Under the pieces are notes generated by a model. It saw only the letters and a program-made list of their open reading frames with translations. It did not search any database and was not told where the DNA came from. 64,000 bases of DNA from a virus (taxonomy: Duplodnaviria; Caudoviricetes). The translations under genes were made by a program, and so were the position numbers. The stretch is taken from IMG/VR virus record IMGVR_UViG_3300029998_000597; one strand, given 5' to 3'. The stretch's first letter is position 1. Every line of letters begins with the position of its first letter. Of the stretch, positions 49,310 to 58,927 are shown piece by piece.

Positions 49310-50214
49310 TGGAATTAATTAAAAAGACAATATACTTAAGTGATTATATTTGTAGAGTAAACCCTTATATAATTAATGGGTTGATTCCAGAAGATATTGA
49401 TTATACAGGTATAACATCACACTGGGGTGAATTAATTGGAATAAAAGATAATGGTGAAGTTGAATATTACGTCGGTAAAAATACAACTTATACATCAAAT
49501 TTGTGTTCTTTTAATATTTTATTTATACAGAGCGCAGATGATATTGGTGTATTAGAACCAAAAATTGAAAATTGGGTACCGAATAAATTATATTTCGCAG
49601 GTGAAAGTAAATTATATAATGGACACAGTTATCGATGTACTAAAAATCAAAGTAAATTATCAATATTCGATTTAAGTGATTGGGAATTAAATACAATTGA
49701 ACCAGCAGATAATAATATTATCACGTTTACAGGTGAAAGTAAGATTAATGAGTTTAGAAGATATTCAAAATCAAACAGTGATAGAGACCTTTATAATCCA
49801 ACATGGAATAGTGGATTTACCCAAGAAATTAAAAGCTCTTATGGTAATATAAATAAAATTATTTCAGAGAGTAGTGATTTTAGTGGTGAAAATCAAGGAT
49901 TATATGAATATATAATAGGTGCCACAGAGAATGAATTAGAGACAACAGGTATTCATTATAAAGATGTATCCAGTGGAATTTCTAATATTTCTTATTTAAC
50001 AAATGGTCTGACTGCTGAGAATTCGATAAGTTCACCAAACATAAAATCAGACTATTTACTTGGAATAATAGAGACACCAAAAACTTTTATTAATGTAAAA
50101 ATTGATAGAGGTGTAAATTCGACTTTTGAAAAGAATTTAAAATTAGGTGATATTAGGACATTAGATGATTTAACAAAATATGGTAATGGATTTTTTAAAA
50201 TAAAGGATAATTAA
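49309..50214 (+). CDS. Putative structural protein with a CBM5/12-like module
   Basis: NWVPNKLYFAGESKLYNGHSYRC...FDLSDWE, and C-terminal IDRGVNSTFEKNLKLGDIRTLDDL. Confidence 0.6.
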   Translation: MELIKKTIYLSDYICRVNPYIINGLIPEDIDYTGITSHWGELIGIKDNGEVEYYVGKNTTYTSNLCSFNILFIQSADDIGVLEPKIENWVPNKLYFAGESKLYNGHSYRCTKNQSKLSIFDLSDWELNTIEPADNNIITFTGESKINEFRRYSKSNSDRDLYNPTWNSGFTQEIKSSYGNINKIISESSDFSGENQGLYEYIIGATENELETTGIHYKDVSSGISNISYLTNGLTAENSISSPNIKSDYLLGIIETPKTFINVKIDRGVNSTFEKNLKLGDIRTLDDLTKYGNGFFKIKDN

Positions 50215-50222
50215 TATAAATA

Positions 50223-51107
50223 ATGGCAAGTAGCTACGGAATTAATAGAGCCGCTGATTTTAACCCAGCAACAGATGCTGAGATCTTTTGGTCTTACAGT
50301 GAGAATAGAAGTATTGTTAATGATAATTATCAAACAGACAATATAACCAAATTTTTATCAGCGCAATTAGCGCCTGGTTCAACAGTAAATCCTATTGGTG
50401 GAATATATAATTTAAAACTACCTTTAGATATTTTTAATAAAGTAGGTATTTATAATATATATATTAGACCAAAACAAGTAGAAGTTAACATACAAGATAT
50501 CGGTATTTTATCTGCATATCCAAATATTAGGGGTATTATTTTAAAATCTTCTGATTTAATTGGTATTTCAGTTGGTAACGATACACTTTCTGGTTATAGA
50601 ATTGAATATTACGATTCCATTGGTAATAAAGTAAGTAATTTATTTAGGATAATAACATCAAATAATAGATGTGAACCAGTTAATCAAAATATTATAAGCA
50701 CTAGTCAAAAATCTGTTAGCTATAGATTTAATGATAGTTCTGATTTATTATTTTTAACTGTAACACCATCATCGGCAACAAATGCGAATCCAAATTCAAT
50801 ACCATACATAGGGAATAGTGGAACAAAGATTATATTAAGTAATACTTTTTTTAATCCAGTACTATTAGAAATAGAATTAACTAATAATGATATTGAGTCG
50901 TTATATACATCGATAAACGGAAATCAAATAAGAACACTAGACAATGGGTTAATAACCACATATGATAATAGTAATAATATATTTAGTCAAGCAGAACATT
51001 ATGTAATCAAAGAATCTGCCACTGGAAAACCAGTATTTGAAGTGAAAGAAAACAAAACAAATATTGATTTCACACAAGACCATAACACAATAATTGGAAA
51101 CGCATAA
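50223..51107 (+). CDS. Putative baseplate structural protein
   Basis: 294-aa ORF within the operon. Confidence 0.6.
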   Translation: MASSYGINRAADFNPATDAEIFWSYSENRSIVNDNYQTDNITKFLSAQLAPGSTVNPIGGIYNLKLPLDIFNKVGIYNIYIRPKQVEVNIQDIGILSAYPNIRGIILKSSDLIGISVGNDTLSGYRIEYYDSIGNKVSNLFRIITSNNRCEPVNQNIISTSQKSVSYRFNDSSDLLFLTVTPSSATNANPNSIPYIGNSGTKIILSNTFFNPVLLEIELTNNDIESLYTSINGNQIRTLDNGLITTYDNSNNIFSQAEHYVIKESATGKPVFEVKENKTNIDFTQDHNTIIGNA

Positions 51108-53778
51108 AAAAATGGCTAAGAAATACACAAAATCATTTTCTAATTATATAAAAAAAAGTAATCCGATAGCTACAAATAGTGGGACCATTTTAGAAAATGA
51201 CCTCCTTACTTATGGTGAACCATATAATTACGTTAATAAAAATTTAACTATTAGAACAGAGGGTGGTTTTACATTTATAACAAATACAGACACTACCGAT
51301 AAAAAAGAATATACAAACGGTGAATTTACTGGTAAATACACATTAAATGATTTATTATCTATACCAGATACAGGCAAAACCCCATTAGATAAAAATATTT
51401 TAAATGTTAAGTTAACACCAGAAAAAACTTATATAAATTTTAAAAAATCATATTTTGATTTATCTAAATTTTGTTATTATGGTTCAACAAATGATTTAAT
51501 TAGATCTTCGGTAGAAGATATTATTAATAGATTTCCAGGTGGGTTATTTATTAGTGATAGTTCAATTATTAGTGGTAACAATACAAAAATTATAACAATA
51601 CCAATATCGAATATATCCAATCCATTTAACTTAAATTTATTAAGTTATGAATATGATAGAAATTTATCATATGATTTAAAAACATTAGCTACTTCTTATT
51701 CAGATTACATTATATTAACTGAAGATAATCAAACGGCATCGATTACTGGGTTTACTAGTTCAGGAAGTAATATTATTATAGATTTAGATAAGGTAATATC
51801 ACTCAGTACTTCATTTCACATTAAACCGTCATTAAAAAAACAAGATGAATTTTTTGATAGTTTAGATGATTTTCAAAGTACGTTATTAAACAGAAAAACA
51901 CAACCAAAATATAAATCGACATTTAAAATCCCAGAAGAAACAGAAGACGGTATTTCAAGTAATTATCGTGATTTTATTTGGCGAACATATGATGGGTATA
52001 ATATAGATATCACATCAGTAGATTACGAATTATTCATACAAGAATTAATAGATAGTTCAATTTTAGTAGATGAAAAATATTCTGATAATATATATCGAAT
52101 GATGACCCACGATTCCATTAAAAACATGGATTCAACATATCAAAAGGTTATAGATAATGAGCTATTAGAAGAATATGTAGCTGGAGGTACAAAGATTCAA
52201 TCACTTTTGAGGATTTACGGACGTTTTTATGATGAAGTTAAAAAATATGCTGAAGGTATAGCTTTTACAAATAATATATCCTATGATAAAAAGGATAATA
52301 TTCCAGAAAAATATTTACAGGGAAAGGTAAATTCATTAGGATGGGAAAGTCCATCATTATTAAATATATTCCCAGAAACAGGTGTAACATCCAATAAAAT
52401 ATTTCGTGGTTGTGATGGTAATTTTAATTTATTGGAATGTACTAATGAATTAAATAGACGTATAATTTTATCATCTAAAAGTATTAGTAGCTCGAAAGGC
52501 ACGAGAGCATCAATTAGAAAAATATTTGGTATGTTCGGTATCGATGAAAGTATTTACGATGTTCGCGAATACACACAGAAAGTAGATAATTATATAACAG
52601 GTACAACCCTACAAAATATTATAACTCTAAATGAAAAATTAAGGTTAAACGAGATTGAAAATTTATATGGTTCACAACAAATAATAAGCGATGATATTTT
52701 ATTAACAGGTGTGAACGTAGGGACATTTGTAATGTCACCAAAAGGTTCAATGAATTATACTCATACAGGTGATACGGCTACCGATTTAGATTTCGATGAA
52801 CATTTTTCCATAATAGAGCATACATATGGATACCCAAAAGCAAGAGTAAATTCAAATGAATTTTATTTTCAACAAATGGGTGGGTGGTATAGAGAGACAG
52901 GTGGTCAGCACACCGACCTAACAGGTAATACATATGTTACTAATATAACAAGTGGAAATAACCCTCATACTGGTAATGGTAGCTATGATTATGGCTTTAA
53001 TTATATTGATCAATTTACGAATTTATTTAAAACAGATATTGATAAACAAGGTAATTATCCAAGTATTGATTTAACTGAATATACGAATAGTATAGGTTTT
53101 AATATAAATTCAATAAAAACAGTTGATAATAATAAAATTAAATGGATTGGAGACCAAAATTACATTGGTGGGAAGAATATATTAACAGATGATTTTTATC
53201 GTAATATATTAACAGACACTGGTGATTTAATATATATTGATAGTAATAATAACATATCAGATAGTAAATTAACTCTAAATTTAAAGAACTTTGTTATTGG
53301 TATTAACGCTAAAAAAGCTAAAGAATTATTTTATGCTGGTAATATGATAGGAAAAACTGGTATATCAGAAGAAGAAATATTTATTTCAATAAAGAACCTT
53401 ATATTACCATATTTAGAACATGTAATACCTTCATCAGCCATTTTTGATTTTGTGTTAATTAACACAGATACACCTAAATGGGTATTAGTAGATAAATATT
53501 GTGGTAGAACAAATGATATAAATCAAAATTTCAATGGACAAACTATTTTAAGGTATAAAAACATGAACTATTTTGATGAAACATCAACTGGATTTACAAG
53601 CGACCTAACTAATTTAATAAAAAAAGATTTTGGTGATATGTTCGTTCAAATACCAGCACACCCTAAAGACACTATAGTTGGATTCGAACGAGAAATTCTA
53701 TTTACTGGTGATAATGGTAGTTGTCAAAGAGATGAGTCACCGAAATGGATTGAAAAAACAGATTTATTTAATTTTTAA
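51094..53778 (+). CDS. Baseplate wedge protein (P2 gpI / T4 gp7-like)
   Basis: IPEKYL....LGW and SSKGTRASIRKIFGMFG tail-protein-I-type motif, plus PYLEHVIPSSAI. Confidence 0.65.
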   Translation: METHKKMAKKYTKSFSNYIKKSNPIATNSGTILENDLLTYGEPYNYVNKNLTIRTEGGFTFITNTDTTDKKEYTNGEFTGKYTLNDLLSIPDTGKTPLDKNILNVKLTPEKTYINFKKSYFDLSKFCYYGSTNDLIRSSVEDIINRFPGGLFISDSSIISGNNTKIITIPISNISNPFNLNLLSYEYDRNLSYDLKTLATSYSDYIILTEDNQTASITGFTSSGSNIIIDLDKVISLSTSFHIKPSLKKQDEFFDSLDDFQSTLLNRKTQPKYKSTFKIPEETEDGISSNYRDFIWRTYDGYNIDITSVDYELFIQELIDSSILVDEKYSDNIYRMMTHDSIKNMDSTYQKVIDNELLEEYVAGGTKIQSLLRIYGRFYDEVKKYAEGIAFTNNISYDKKDNIPEKYLQGKVNSLGWESPSLLNIFPETGVTSNKIFRGCDGNFNLLECTNELNRRIILSSKSISSSKGTRASIRKIFGMFGIDESIYDVREYTQKVDNYITGTTLQNIITLNEKLRLNEIENLYGSQQIISDDILLTGVNVGTFVMSPKGSMNYTHTGDTATDLDFDEHFSIIEHTYGYPKARVNSNEFYFQQMGGWYRETGGQHTDLTGNTYVTNITSGNNPHTGNGSYDYGFNYIDQFTNLFKTDIDKQGNYPSIDLTEYTNSIGFNINSIKTVDNNKIKWIGDQNYIGGKNILTDDFYRNILTDTGDLIYIDSNNNISDSKLTLNLKNFVIGINAKKAKELFYAGNMIGKTGISEEEIFISIKNLILPYLEHVIPSSAIFDFVLINTDTPKWVLVDKYCGRTNDINQNFNGQTILRYKNMNYFDETSTGFTSDLTNLIKKDFGDMFVQIPAHPKDTIVGFEREILFTGDNGSCQRDESPKWIEKTDLFNF

Positions 53779-53782
53779 CGTT

Positions 53783-54358
53783 ATGATAAACACAATGATA
53801 AAAGATGTAAGTGGTGGGGTATGTTTAATCAAAAAATACATTTATTCAACATATATTCAAGATTTAACTTGTAATTGCGAGGATGTAGTTACAAGGAATA
53901 TAATTACATATTTACCTATGGGTGTCTATGTTAAACCATTTTATAATTCAAATATAAATTATTCTATCAACAATAGAGATAACTCAATCTATCTACAAGT
54001 AAATTCAATTTCAGAATTTGCTGAATCTTATATATCGGATTTAGTTACAACAGGGTATACAAGCACAGATGATAGTGGATTTGAGAATAGAGTGATATAC
54101 GACCAAGAATCTGATAGATATTATTATTTTGAAAATATATTAAATTCACCAAATTGTCAATTAAATGATACTTCTATGTGGGCTATAGTAGATAATAATG
54201 GGTTATTATTTAATGGTGTTGGTGATAATTATTATTATACAGAGTTAAATGAGTGTGGAATTGCTACTGGTAATAAATATATATATCTTTCCGACATCAA
54301 CCCAAATTCATTAACATATGGCCAAACCAAAACAATTTTAAAGTGTTATATGGTATAA
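53783..54358 (+). CDS. Putative fibre-associated structural protein
   Basis: Preferred start is the ATG at 53783, just after the upstream stop (the ORF track extends to 53678). C-terminal CGIATG...DINPNSLTYGQTK module. Confidence 0.6.
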   Translation: MINTMIKDVSGGVCLIKKYIYSTYIQDLTCNCEDVVTRNIITYLPMGVYVKPFYNSNINYSINNRDNSIYLQVNSISEFAESYISDLVTTGYTSTDDSGFENRVIYDQESDRYYYFENILNSPNCQLNDTSMWAIVDNNGLLFNGVGDNYYYTELNECGIATGNKYIYLSDINPNSLTYGQTKTILKCYMV

Positions 54359-54374
54359 TTATATTAAAAGCAAC

Positions 54375-54405
54375 TTGTTTTTCTTGATTCTTTTACGTAC
54401 ATTTG
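54375..54405 (+). promoter_or_regulatory. Bacteroidota-type promoter for the sbcC-sigma operon
   Basis: cTTGtttttcttgattcttttacgTACATTTG. Confidence 0.85.
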
Positions 54406-54433
54406 TAAAAATTAATCAATATAATAAGTTTAT

Positions 54434-56851
54434 ATGTCAGTAAATAATAAATATAGAGTTAAAGTAGGGAAGAAATCAAAAATCAATGTTGAATGGAACG
54501 ACAATCCAATTAACTATTCTCATGAATCAAAAAAACATATTATATCGACATTTGCCGATAGATATGGAATACCAAAAGAATCGGTAAAAGTTTCTTTTAA
54601 TGCGATCAAATTAAATGAAAAAGGAGAACAAATAGATGTTTCGTCCGAGGTTATAAATAATATTCAAGATCCAAAATTTCAATTAAAACTATTTAATGAT
54701 TACATTATCGATAATAAAATCGAGAATATTGATTTTGAACATATAAAGGTTATTGATTCTGAGATAAATTCCAAAATTGATTACGATGTTTATGAAAAGT
54801 TTAGAAAATCTGAATTGGAATGGATTGAATGGAGCAATTTCCTAAGTTACGGTCCAGATAATAGGTTTGATTATACAGACTTAAAAGGCTTAATTCTTTT
54901 GAATGGTAGTATAGACGGAGTAACTAGTGGAAATCAAAACGGAAAAACTAGTTTCGCTATGGATTTAGTATCATTTTTATACTTCGGAAAAACTCAAAAG
55001 CCATACACGTTATCAGAATGTTTCAATAAATATTTAGATGTTACAACCTTTAATGTATGTGGTGGTATTAAAATAGACGGGTTAACTTATGTAATTGAAC
55101 GAGTAGTTACAAGAGCAAAAAAACGTACTGGTGAATGGGGAGATGCATCACAAAAGGTTAAATATTACCAAATAATAAATGGTGAAAAGGAAGAATTAAC
55201 GGATTCTATTTCAAACGAACAGGGTGAGTATTCAGTAAAAACCAATAAAATAATAAAAGAAGCTATCGGTAACGAAAAAGATTTTGGAATGATTGTAATG
55301 ACAACTGCTACTGATCTATTCTCTCTAATTGAAATGGGTAAAACAGAAACAGGTAAATTATTATCTAAATGGGTAGGATTATCACCACTGGAGGAAAAAG
55401 ATAAATTTGCAAAGGATAAATATAAAGAATTTGAAAAAGGTTTAAAATCAAAGTTATATGATAAAATAGAATTAACTTCGGTAATTGAAAACAATAATAT
55501 CTCTATCAAAACAAATAATGAAAATATTAATTTATCGAAAACCAGAGTTACTGAGCTAAATAAGTTAACAGAAATCGAACAGCAATCCAAGGACACATTA
55601 TTACTTTCAAAAAAACAAATCGATCAAAATATATTAAAATTAGATATTAATACGGTAAACGGTAGAATTGAAAAAATAAAACAAGAAGGTGCATCTAAAC
55701 GATTAGAATTAGCTGGATATAAATCAGAGTTTGAACTATTAAAAGATATTACATTCGATGAAATTATTTATAAGGGTAAGATTAATTTAGATAAAGAAAT
55801 TTCAATTGAAATAAGTAATATAAAAAATAAAATTACCACATTAAAATTAACAAACGAAAATTTAACTAAAAGCGAGTTTTGCCCAACATGTAAAAGGAAA
55901 TATGATGGTTTGGATAATTCTGGTGCAATATCACAAAACGAATTAAAAATAGAAGAATTAAAAAAATCTGGAATAACATCAGCTAATAATTTAAATACAA
56001 CTAAATCTGAAATTATTGAATTAGAAAATAATAAAAAAACTTTCGATAAAAAAGCAAAATTAATAGGTTTAATTGAAATAATACCAGTCCAAATTCAAAA
56101 TTTATTATCTCAATACAAAGAAAATGAACAAAAAATTAAAGATTTTAATGAAAATAAGGGTGCAATTGAAAAGAATAATCAGATAGATATCAGTCTAATA
56201 AACATCAATGCAAAAATTAGATCACTTACAATAGAAAGAGATGCCAAATTAAGAGAAATTGAAAATTTCGAAAGGAATATTGTTGAATTAGATAAAAAAA
56301 TTAAAACAAATGAGTTATTAATTAAAGAAATTAATACTGAAGCTATTTTAATCAGAGATTGGAAAGCTTATTTAGAAATGGTTGGTAAAAATGGTATTTC
56401 GAAAATGGTGTTAAAGAAAACACTACCAATTATAAATTCCGAATTAAGTAGACTTTTGGAAGATGTTTGTGATTTTGACATTGAAGTTGCTTTAACAGAT
56501 AAAAACGAGGTAGTTTTTAATATAATTAAAGATGATGTGGCATCAAGTTTGGGCGGTGCGTCTGGTTTCGAAAAAACAGCATCGGCGCTGGCTTTAAGAT
56601 GTGTTCTTGGGAATATATCAACAATGCCAAGACCAAACTTTTTAATTTTAGATGAAATTCTTGGCGGAGTTGCGAGTGAGAACTATGATAACATGAGAGA
56701 AATGTATAAGAAAATTGAAAAGGATTATCAATTCATTTTACACGTCACCCATCTGGATTCTATTAAGGATTGGCATAGCACTACCGTCCGAATCGACAAA
56801 CAGAAAAATATTTCATCCGCTAAAATAGAAATTAATGGTAATAACCAATAA
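54434..56851 (+). CDS. sbcC: SbcC/Rad50-like ATPase (T4 gp46-like)
   Basis: WSNFLSYG, Walker A GNQNGKTS, coiled coils with a CPTC zinc hook, signature ASGFEK, Walker B LILDE and H-loop VTH. Confidence 0.9.
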   Translation: MSVNNKYRVKVGKKSKINVEWNDNPINYSHESKKHIISTFADRYGIPKESVKVSFNAIKLNEKGEQIDVSSEVINNIQDPKFQLKLFNDYIIDNKIENIDFEHIKVIDSEINSKIDYDVYEKFRKSELEWIEWSNFLSYGPDNRFDYTDLKGLILLNGSIDGVTSGNQNGKTSFAMDLVSFLYFGKTQKPYTLSECFNKYLDVTTFNVCGGIKIDGLTYVIERVVTRAKKRTGEWGDASQKVKYYQIINGEKEELTDSISNEQGEYSVKTNKIIKEAIGNEKDFGMIVMTTATDLFSLIEMGKTETGKLLSKWVGLSPLEEKDKFAKDKYKEFEKGLKSKLYDKIELTSVIENNNISIKTNNENINLSKTRVTELNKLTEIEQQSKDTLLLSKKQIDQNILKLDINTVNGRIEKIKQEGASKRLELAGYKSEFELLKDITFDEIIYKGKINLDKEISIEISNIKNKITTLKLTNENLTKSEFCPTCKRKYDGLDNSGAISQNELKIEELKKSGITSANNLNTTKSEIIELENNKKTFDKKAKLIGLIEIIPVQIQNLLSQYKENEQKIKDFNENKGAIEKNNQIDISLININAKIRSLTIERDAKLREIENFERNIVELDKKIKTNELLIKEINTEAILIRDWKAYLEMVGKNGISKMVLKKTLPIINSELSRLLEDVCDFDIEVALTDKNEVVFNIIKDDVASSLGGASGFEKTASALALRCVLGNISTMPRPNFLILDEILGGVASENYDNMREMYKKIEKDYQFILHVTHLDSIKDWHSTTVRIDKQKNISSAKIEINGNNQ

Positions 56852-56854
56852 AAA

Positions 56855-57589
56855 ATGAGAGAAGAATTAAAAGAGTATAATGTTCTAAAGCAATATGGCC
56901 TTGAAATGAAAAAATTTTCAAGAATTAATTTAAAAGAGGAAAAACAATTAAGTAAAGCAATTCAAAAAGGAGATCTAAAATCAAGAGATAAGCTGGTCAC
57001 TTCAAATTTAAAATTAGTCCCATATATTGCATCAATGTATAAAGATAGAGGTGTAGAATATAAAGATCTAGTTTGTGAGGGAAATAGAGGTCTTATACTC
57101 GCAGCAAATAAGTTTGACTATAAGATTGGTACTAAATTTTCTACATACGCTTACTGGCAAATTAAAGAGGCAATTACGTCATCCATTAAAAACGAGGGTA
57201 AGTGGTTAGAAATACGAGAGCCAAATTTTAAATTTGATATTATGACTAATGGAGTAGAAGTGCTTAATGAATTAGATAAAGATGTAAACGATATTAGTAT
57301 AGATAAAACAATAAAATCATCTATTCAAAGCTTTTCAGATGATGAAAATGAAAAAGCTGAATTTGAGGCAATTGAAGACATGTTTAAAAGTGTGTTATTT
57401 TATTTAGATGAACTTAGCCCAAGAGAATCTACCATTGTTAAACATTATTTCGGAATTGAAGAACATGATGAATTAAATATTACTGAATTATCTAAAATGT
57501 ATAATATCTCATATATGCGAATTTCTAAAATAATTGATGAGTCGATTCGTAAAATTAGGTGTAAATATTTAGAAAAAACCGTTTTTTGA
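56855..57589 (+). CDS. Phage-encoded sigma70-family RNA polymerase sigma factor
   Basis: Region 2 LVTSNLKLV...DLVCEGNRGLILAANKFD...KFSTYAYWQI and region 4 LSPRE..IVKHYFG...ELSKMYNIS..RISKI. Confidence 0.88.
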   Translation: MREELKEYNVLKQYGLEMKKFSRINLKEEKQLSKAIQKGDLKSRDKLVTSNLKLVPYIASMYKDRGVEYKDLVCEGNRGLILAANKFDYKIGTKFSTYAYWQIKEAITSSIKNEGKWLEIREPNFKFDIMTNGVEVLNELDKDVNDISIDKTIKSSIQSFSDDENEKAEFEAIEDMFKSVLFYLDELSPRESTIVKHYFGIEEHDELNITELSKMYNISYMRISKIIDESIRKIRCKYLEKTVF

Positions 57590-57591
57590 AC

Positions 57592-57599
57592 TATTTATA
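57592..57599 (+). promoter_or_regulatory. Putative late promoter TATTTATA
   Basis: Immediately after the sigma gene stop, 15 nt before the ATG at 57615. Confidence 0.55.
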
Positions 57600-57614
57600 A
57601 TAAAAATAAGTAAA

Positions 57615-58064
57615 ATGACTAAAAATAGTAACGTGGTACTTTTAAACGAATCGGATATTACCAGAAAAATGTGTCAAACACTACGTCGATTAACAGAAGA
57701 GTTTGAAACAGCAGACCCATCCAACAATGATACCTCAAATACAATTGTAATTCCAGAGAGTGATCCATATTTTATGGAATTAAAGGCTAACTTACAGAAA
57801 TTTGTTGGGGCAGTTAAAACAGACTCTAATTCATTAATAGTTTATACAGCGGATAGTGATGTTGTGTTTAATGGTGAAATTACGGGAATGAACAATTTAA
57901 AATTTCAATTCAGATATAATGATCAAAGTGGTGGATTATATATTTGGGGTGATTCTGTTTTACTATCAAAAGACACATCTGATAAACTTGGTAAACTCGT
58001 AGTTTTAAAAGACCAGTGGAAAACATATTGGGATGAAAAATTGGGGGATTATCAAAATAAATAA
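57615..58064 (+). CDS. Hypothetical late protein
   Basis: 149 aa with LLNE/LTEE motifs. Confidence 0.7.
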   Translation: MTKNSNVVLLNESDITRKMCQTLRRLTEEFETADPSNNDTSNTIVIPESDPYFMELKANLQKFVGAVKTDSNSLIVYTADSDVVFNGEITGMNNLKFQFRYNDQSGGLYIWGDSVLLSKDTSDKLGKLVVLKDQWKTYWDEKLGDYQNK

Positions 58065-58083
58065 TTATTTTATTTATATAGTT

Positions 58084-58113
58084 AAAAAGTTAGAGAAATC
58101 TAGCTTTTTTTAT
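58084..58113 (+). terminator. Intrinsic terminator
   Basis: aaaaagttaga gaaa tctagcttttt followed by further T residues. Confidence 0.7.
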
Positions 58114-58122
58114 TTTACATAC

Positions 58123-58130
58123 TATTTATA
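58123..58130 (+). promoter_or_regulatory. Putative late promoter TATTTATA
   Basis: Just downstream of the terminator and upstream of the ATG at 58154. Confidence 0.55.
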
Positions 58131-58153
58131 TTAAAAATATATTAAAATAATAT

Positions 58154-58360
58154 ATGGAACCGAACAGATTAAAACAATTAATTAAAGAAGAATTTTCAAA
58201 GCCTGAAATTATTAGTTTAATTAGAGATGAAAACGCAAAGCAATTAAAATCAAAAGATTTTGAAGCAAGAACAAAGGTAATTTCAGCCAAAGTAATAGAG
58301 GAGTTATATAAACTATTATGGCAACGTAAAAATTTCTGGGCCGATACAATAAATAAATAA
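58154..58360 (+). CDS. Hypothetical late protein
   Basis: 68-aa helical ORF. Confidence 0.65.
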   Translation: MEPNRLKQLIKEEFSKPEIISLIRDENAKQLKSKDFEARTKVISAKVIEELYKLLWQRKNFWADTINK

Positions 58361-58367
58361 TTAACTA

Positions 58368-58823
58368 ATGAACATACTTATTAATAAAGATAATTTAATG
58401 ATATTAAAAGAGTCTATTGAAGCTCAAAAAATATCAAGAGATGAGTTCATTAAAGAAGTAAAATCTTTTTTATATGAAATGCTTTCAAATAATCATACAA
58501 TAAATAAAGGTAATTTCTGGGGTTTAAATGGATTAAGAAATAGCGAAGTATTAAATAAGTTACTGAGATTTGGTCTAGTTGAAAGAAAGTTAGAATTATC
58601 AGAGGATACAGGTTTAACAGAGATTAAATTAATGGTTCCAAAGAAAAATTTCGAACGAAAAGTTGATAGATTATATTATGATATGTTTCCAGAACAAGAA
58701 CTTGTAACTGAAGATGGTGAAGGTGGTGGAGATATGGGTGGAGTAAATACGTGTAGTTCAGTTGGTGGTAGCTTTGAAATTCCGTTTATGTCACCAATCA
58801 ATAGAAAAATAGGTGGATTATGA
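58368..58823 (+). CDS. Hypothetical late protein
   Basis: 151 aa with ILKE/LVTE motifs and a Gly-rich tail. Confidence 0.7.
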   Translation: MNILINKDNLMILKESIEAQKISRDEFIKEVKSFLYEMLSNNHTINKGNFWGLNGLRNSEVLNKLLRFGLVERKLELSEDTGLTEIKLMVPKKNFERKVDRLYYDMFPEQELVTEDGEGGGDMGGVNTCSSVGGSFEIPFMSPINRKIGGL

Positions 58824-58856
58824 AAATAATTTTCAAAAAAATAGTATAAATAATAA

Positions 58857-58864
58857 TATTTATA
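58857..58864 (+). promoter_or_regulatory. Putative late promoter TATTTATA
   Basis: Intergenic, upstream of 58928. Confidence 0.45.
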
Positions 58865-58927
58865 TACTTATAATAAAAGTAATTTATTACAATAGTTAAT
58901 TGAAAATAAAACGAAAATAAAAATTAT

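Noticed and set aside
53770-53785. TTT TAA shifty-stop-like site where the 51094 ORF meets the next ORF in the +1 frame
   Set aside because: The downstream ORF has an ATG 4 nt after the stop (53783), so ordinary translational coupling explains it. This differs from the 12675 site, where no good start exists.
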